From a virus (Duplodnaviria; Caudoviricetes): DNA of 49,337 bases. Position 1 is the first letter of the stretch. Every line of letters begins with the position of its first letter. Below, piece after piece: positions 46,009 through 49,337 of the stretch. The translations under genes were made by a program, and so were the position numbers. The stretch covers positions 1 through 49,337 of the IMG/VR virus record IMGVR_UViG_3300012940_000006; one strand, given 5' to 3'. The notes below the pieces were generated by a model. That model was not told where the DNA came from. It was given only the letters and a program-made list of their open reading frames with translations, and did not search any database.

Positions 46009-46251
46009 CTAGAGCTCCTCGATGGCGAGCTCTTCGATTTCCAGGGTGTCGTAGATCTCGTCGAGGGCGTCTGCGTATTGACGTGGCGTGACCTGGTGGG
46101 TCAGCTCGTCTACGCGGGCTTCGGCGAGTGCGAGTTCGTCCTGGACGCGGTCGTACTCCTCGTCGCTGATCTCGGGATGATCGGCGATGAAGTCGAGCTC
46201 GCGATTGAGGTGCTGGACCTCGCGAAGGGCCGCAACGAGTGCCTGGTACAT
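46009..46251 (-). CDS. Acidic 80-aa protein resembling NAD-dependent ligase domain Ia
   Basis: AGGAGGACACC-ATG; HPEISDEEYDRVQDEL. Confidence 0.65.
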   Translation of the reverse strand: MYQALVAALREVQHLNRELDFIADHPEISDEEYDRVQDELALAEARVDELTHQVTPRQYADALDEIYDTLEIEELAIEEL

Positions 46252-46274
46252 GGTGTCCTCCTGAGATAACTGGC

Positions 46275-46334
46275 CGCACAAGAGCGTGCGCAACGCCGAT
46301 AGGGTGAACGGGGGAGGCAACGCCTCCCCCGTTC
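46275..46334 (-). repeat. Intergenic cassette element, copy B
   Basis: + strand CGCAC-AAGAGC-GTGCG-C-AACGCCGATAGGG, then a 13-bp hairpin. Confidence 0.85.
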
Positions 46335-46336
46335 CT

Positions 46337-46807
46337 TTACGCCTGCTCTCGGAAGTGCTCGCGGGCGATCATGAGCATGCGGCCGAGCCAGTTCTCGCCA
46401 CGCCCCTGCTGATCGACGCCCCAGTGCGTGTCCCACGGAGCGAGATGTTCGAGCTCCGTGTCACCGGTCTCAAGGAGGAGCTTGACCAGCCAGGGGTTCT
46501 GCTCGTACTTGGCCGCGAGGACGTAGGCCATCGCTTCGTAGCGCTTGGTGCTCCAGTCCTTGCGAATGCGGAGACGCTTGCCTTCGTACGCGGCTCGCCC
46601 TGGCTCTAGCTGGCTGAAGTGCAGTGCGAGCTCGCGCGTGATGTGCTCGGCCTTGAGCAGTTGGTAGGCTGCCTCAGCGTTGCGGAAGCGGAACGTTCCC
46701 ACCTTCAGCCGAAGCGTGAAGGGCGCGTGCGAGAACGTCGAGAGATGGGCCACCGACCGCGGCGAGCGGCTGTTGAACCGGATGGCCTGGAGCGTGGTGG
46801 TAACCAT
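46337..46807 (-). CDS. NADAR (YbiA-like) family protein
   Basis: LSTFSHAPF...AEAAYQLLK...KYEQNPWLVKLLLETGD...WDTHWG...GENWLGRMLM. Confidence 0.93.
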   Translation of the reverse strand: MVTTTLQAIRFNSRSPRSVAHLSTFSHAPFTLRLKVGTFRFRNAEAAYQLLKAEHITRELALHFSQLEPGRAAYEGKRLRIRKDWSTKRYEAMAYVLAAKYEQNPWLVKLLLETGDTELEHLAPWDTHWGVDQQGRGENWLGRMLMIAREHFREQA

Positions 46808-46835
46808 TGGTGTGTCCTCCTACAGACATGCGACC

Positions 46836-46897
46836 GCGAGCAAGAGCACTCGCAACGCCGATAGGGAGATGGGGGAAGCAGTGCTTCCCCCCGTCTC
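46836..46897 (-). repeat. Intergenic cassette element, copy C
   Basis: + strand GCGAGC-AAGAGC-ACTCGC-AACGCCGATAGGG, then a GC hairpin. Confidence 0.85.
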
Positions 46898-47143
46898 TCA
46901 CTCCTGGCTCGCCTTGCGTAGCGCTGGGTACATGAGGTGCTGTTGCCACCAGCTCGGTGGCACCCAACCCTCGGGCACTCTCCTTGCTTCGCCTCGCTCC
47001 TCCTTCTCCTCACTCACCTCTGCTCTCTCTTGCTTCTCCTCCACTCTTCTCTCCTTCCACCATTGCTTCATCTGCTGCTCCTCTCCCTTCATCCCTCTCT
47101 CCTTCCACCACTCACTGCCTCGCCGCTGCTTCGCTGCACTCAC
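46898..47143 (-). CDS. Glu/Arg/Lys/Trp-rich low-complexity protein
   Basis: 81 aa; RBS AGGAGG; WWKER twice; stop abuts element C as in the other cassettes. Confidence 0.5.
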   Translation of the reverse strand: MSAAKQRRGSEWWKERGMKGEEQQMKQWWKERRVEEKQERAEVSEEKEERGEARRVPEGWVPPSWWQQHLMYPALRKASQE

Positions 47144-47733
47144 GCTTCCTTCCTCCTTCTCTCTGGTACTGAGGGTCAGGGGGTCGGGCCTCGCCCTGCC
47201 TCCGCCTTCCCCCTCACCTCTTCCACGAACAACACACGTCTCACCCCTCCCAGGACATTACGAGCGACTGGCTGGGTGAGCGAGCGGGAGTCCGGGACCC
47301 GTGTCATCCCGAACGACACATCATGAGAAAGTGGAGGAATCAGAACAGGAGATTGATGAGGGGGTGGAGATCAAAACGGAGGAGGTGGCTGATGGGACCA
47401 CATATCCCATGAGCCTCTCCTCGCTGAGCGTGGGAAATGAAGAAACAGCACGAAGGAAAAACAAGAAAAGCAGAGGTGAGTGACTCATCCCATCGTCGTG
47501 GGAGAGACGGTCACCCCCCTGTCTTTTCTGATCTGTGGTTTGGGAAATGGAGACGCGGAGGGAGGAATGGCGTCGGGTGGAGAGAGTGTGGTATTGCTCT
47601 GGGATATGTAGTGTTGAAGGAGTTCCGAGTTTGACAGGAAATGTCGCATCCCGCGGTGAGTGGAAGAAGGACAGACCCCTTGACCCTCCCCCCTTCGGGG
47701 ACTCGCACCCCAGAGCCGTTTTTATGAAGAACG

Positions 47734-47994
47734 CCGCTTGAACAGGGTCCAGCGGCGGCGTTCGTAATCTGGATTGTTCCCGGCAGCGGTGCAAAAGCCT
47801 TATGACGGTGGGCTTTTCAAGTCATCACACATGCCGGAACCTGACCGGGTGTTCGCCGCATCAACCGGGGCATGGGTGGCTTCTCGCCGTAGGCAGCTAT
47901 GAGGTGGGAGGACTTAGCTCCCTGTGCTGCGCTAAGTATGGCGAACCACCCTGGTTGGCCTCCGCGGCTTGACCACGAGGAAAGGGTGACTTGA
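47734..47994 (-). ncRNA. Candidate structured ncRNA(s) downstream of the tRNA cluster
   Basis: Nested helices: TCAAGTCA/TGACTTGA, GGGTGG/CCACCC, TCGCC/GGCGA, ACTTAGC/GCTAAGT, CAACC/GGTTG, plus two flanking hairpins. Confidence 0.5.
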
Positions 47995-48001
47995 GACCCG
48001 G

Positions 48002-48074
48002 TGGCGGTGACGGGACTCGAACCCGTGCCGGCTGGATTATGAGTCCAGTGCTCTTCCAACTGAGCTACACCGCG
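48002..48074 (-). tRNA. tRNA with CAT anticodon (Met; initiator-like unpaired first base)
   Basis: Cloverleaf; anticodon arm CTGGA-CTCATAA-TCCAG; T-loop TTCGAGT; C1:C72 mismatch, A73. Confidence 0.9.
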
Positions 48075-48075
48075 G

Positions 48076-48146
48076 AGCCACTCGGGAGAATCGAACTCCC
48101 CTTCACTGCTTGGAAGGCAGGCACCTTACCGATCGGTCAGAGTGGC
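48076..48146 (-). tRNA. tRNA-Gly(TCC)
   Basis: Acceptor GCCACTC/GAGTGGC, U73; loop CTTCCAA; T-loop TTCGATT. Confidence 0.9.
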
Positions 48147-48206
48147 ACACTCGGCGTCGCACCGAGTCGGAGGTCATTCGAGCTGCTTTCCACCCCTAGC
48201 TCACTG

Positions 48207-48278
48207 AGCCCCTGGTAGGACTTGCACCTACGCACTTCCGCTTACGAGGCGGGCGCTCTGCTGCTGAGCTACAAGGGC
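48207..48278 (-). tRNA. tRNA-Thr(CGT)
   Basis: Acceptor GCCCTTG/CAGGGGC; loop CTCGTAA; atypical T-loop TGCAAGT and GG-less D-loop. Confidence 0.82.
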
Positions 48279-48420
48279 GAGGACTCCGCACCGCCGGGAT
48301 TTCAGGTCCCGTGGGCGGAGAACGATGTGCAGTGTACATGTGCCCCTGGCCGTTATGTCACGTCTTGCTCTCGTGGCAAGTCGCTGTCTGACCCTACCCC
48401 CACCGCGGCACCCTCAAGGC

Positions 48421-49337
48421 ATGACAGACGACGTGCTTTATGGGGACATGCCTGACGGCATCCTGACGGAAACGCATATCACCATTCCTGGTCTTCCTGC
48501 GCCGATGCCGCGGGATCATGAGGCCTGGGAGGCCTGGTGCGTGGAGATGCTGAAGCATCGGCAGAAGGTGATCGACACCTGTGCTCGGAATGCTGACGCG
48601 CGACGTATCCAGACTGCGCTGTGCAAGCAGCCGTATGGGCTGGGCACGGCGTATTTCGCCATCACGTTTGGGTGGATCTACGAGCCGCGTGCTGATGACG
48701 ACTCGACGATGGTCCCCTTCTTCCTCTTTCCGCGGCAGGTGGAACTGCTTATCGCGATGGATGCTGCGATGCGGCGCCCGAAGGGTCCGCTCGCATCGGT
48801 CGCCATCCCGAAGGCGCGCGGTGTGGGCGCGACGTGGTGTGATGCGATCGACCATATCTGGCGCTGGCTCTTCACCCGATCGTTCCAGGGGCGCCTCGTC
48901 TCCCGCACCGAGAAGATGGTGGACGACCGCGGGAACTCGGACTCGTGGATGTGGAAGTTCGACTATGTCCTGGATCGCCTCCCCTTCTGGCTGTTGCCGG
49001 AGGGATATGCCAGCAATTCCATCCATCGAACACACCTGGCGATCCGAAATCCGGTGACGGGATCGGCCATCATCGGTGAGGCCACCACCAAGGGCGTTGG
49101 TGTTGGTGGTCGTGCGACGAAGTACAGCCTCGATGAGTTTGCCCGTCTCGCGGATGGTGCGTCGATCTGGGGACAGCTCTCGGAAACGACGAACCACCGC
49201 GTCGCTATCTCGACACACAACATCGAGGTGAGTACAGACTTCTGGGACATGGTTCACGGGATCAACGGATGGGAAGGGTCGCAGCCCATCATCTTCGAGA
49301 TGCCGTGGGATTGCGTGCCTGGTCGCGATCAGGCCTG
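48421..49337 (+). CDS. terL: Terminase large subunit, N-terminal ATPase part (continues at window start; 587 aa in total)
   Basis: Translated by hand: LFPRQ (adenine-binding), PKARGVGATW (Walker A-like), YSLDEFAR (Walker B), AIST (coupling motif); absent from the ORF track because it runs off the end. Confidence 0.92.
   Translation, partial: MTDDVLYGDMPDGILTETHITIPGLPAPMPRDHEAWEAWCVEMLKHRQKVIDTCARNADARRIQTALCKQPYGLGTAYFAITFGWIYEPRADDDSTMVPFFLFPRQVELLIAMDAAMRRPKGPLASVAIPKARGVGATWCDAIDHIWRWLFTRSFQGRLVSRTEKMVDDRGNSDSWMWKFDYVLDRLPFWLLPEGYASNSIHRTHLAIRNPVTGSAIIGEATTKGVGVGGRATKYSLDEFARLADGASIWGQLSETTNHRVAISTHNIEVSTDFWDMVHGINGWEGSQPIIFEMPWDCVPGRDQA
49215..49337. repeat. Terminal direct repeat, copy 2 (assembly overlap)
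   Basis: Identical to 1-123. Confidence 0.97.

Noticed and set aside
45942-46897. Repeats as a CRISPR mini-array
   Set aside because: Spacing is 330-560 bp and contains whole genes; repeat interiors covary rather than being identical; no cas genes
48002-48278. tRNA segment as an attP site
   Set aside because: No tyrosine or serine integrase recognised, and the tRNAs are full-length with phage-like deviations
48287-48319. Hairpin CGGGA-CCTGAAA-TCCCG as a fourth tRNA (Ser)
   Set aside because: Only an anticodon-arm-like stem; no D or T arm and no U33

Overview
This window is a complete, circularly assembled ~49.2-kb GC-rich tailed-phage genome. Positions 1-123 are identical to 49215-49337, and the large terminase gene runs through that junction. 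The + arm (48421 through the junction to 29443) is the late region: TerL, portal, a ~14-kb block of six essentially cysteine-free internal/ejection proteins (including an SLT+NlpC/P60 hydrolase and a 3200-aa giant), scaffold, SU10-type major capsid, podovirus-like tail genes (no tape measure or sheath), fibre, amidase endolysin/holins and a metallophosphoesterase. The - arm (47.1 kb down to 29.4 kb) is the early/replication region: small anti-defence-like genes (NADAR, an acidic Ocr-like protein, DUF4326), ERF, SSB, an HTH initiator with internal iterons, and a Twinkle/T7-gp4-type primase-helicase. Three tRNAs and a probable structured ncRNA lie next to TerL. I recognised no integrase, DNA polymerase or spanin. 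The host is probably a high-GC monoderm (Actinomycetota/Chloroflexota-like; inference). The most interesting signals are non-coding: (i) two N4-type GC-GGA-GC template-strand hairpins heading early transcription units, alongside a giant Cys-free virion protein; (ii) a three-copy conserved element with a covarying stem that punctuates an array of single-gene early cassettes; (iii) a plasmid-like maintenance kit (iterons, antisense RNA over the rep leader, pSK1-Par-like protein, LexA box) in an integrase-less podophage. All family names come from motif recognition by eye, not database searches.
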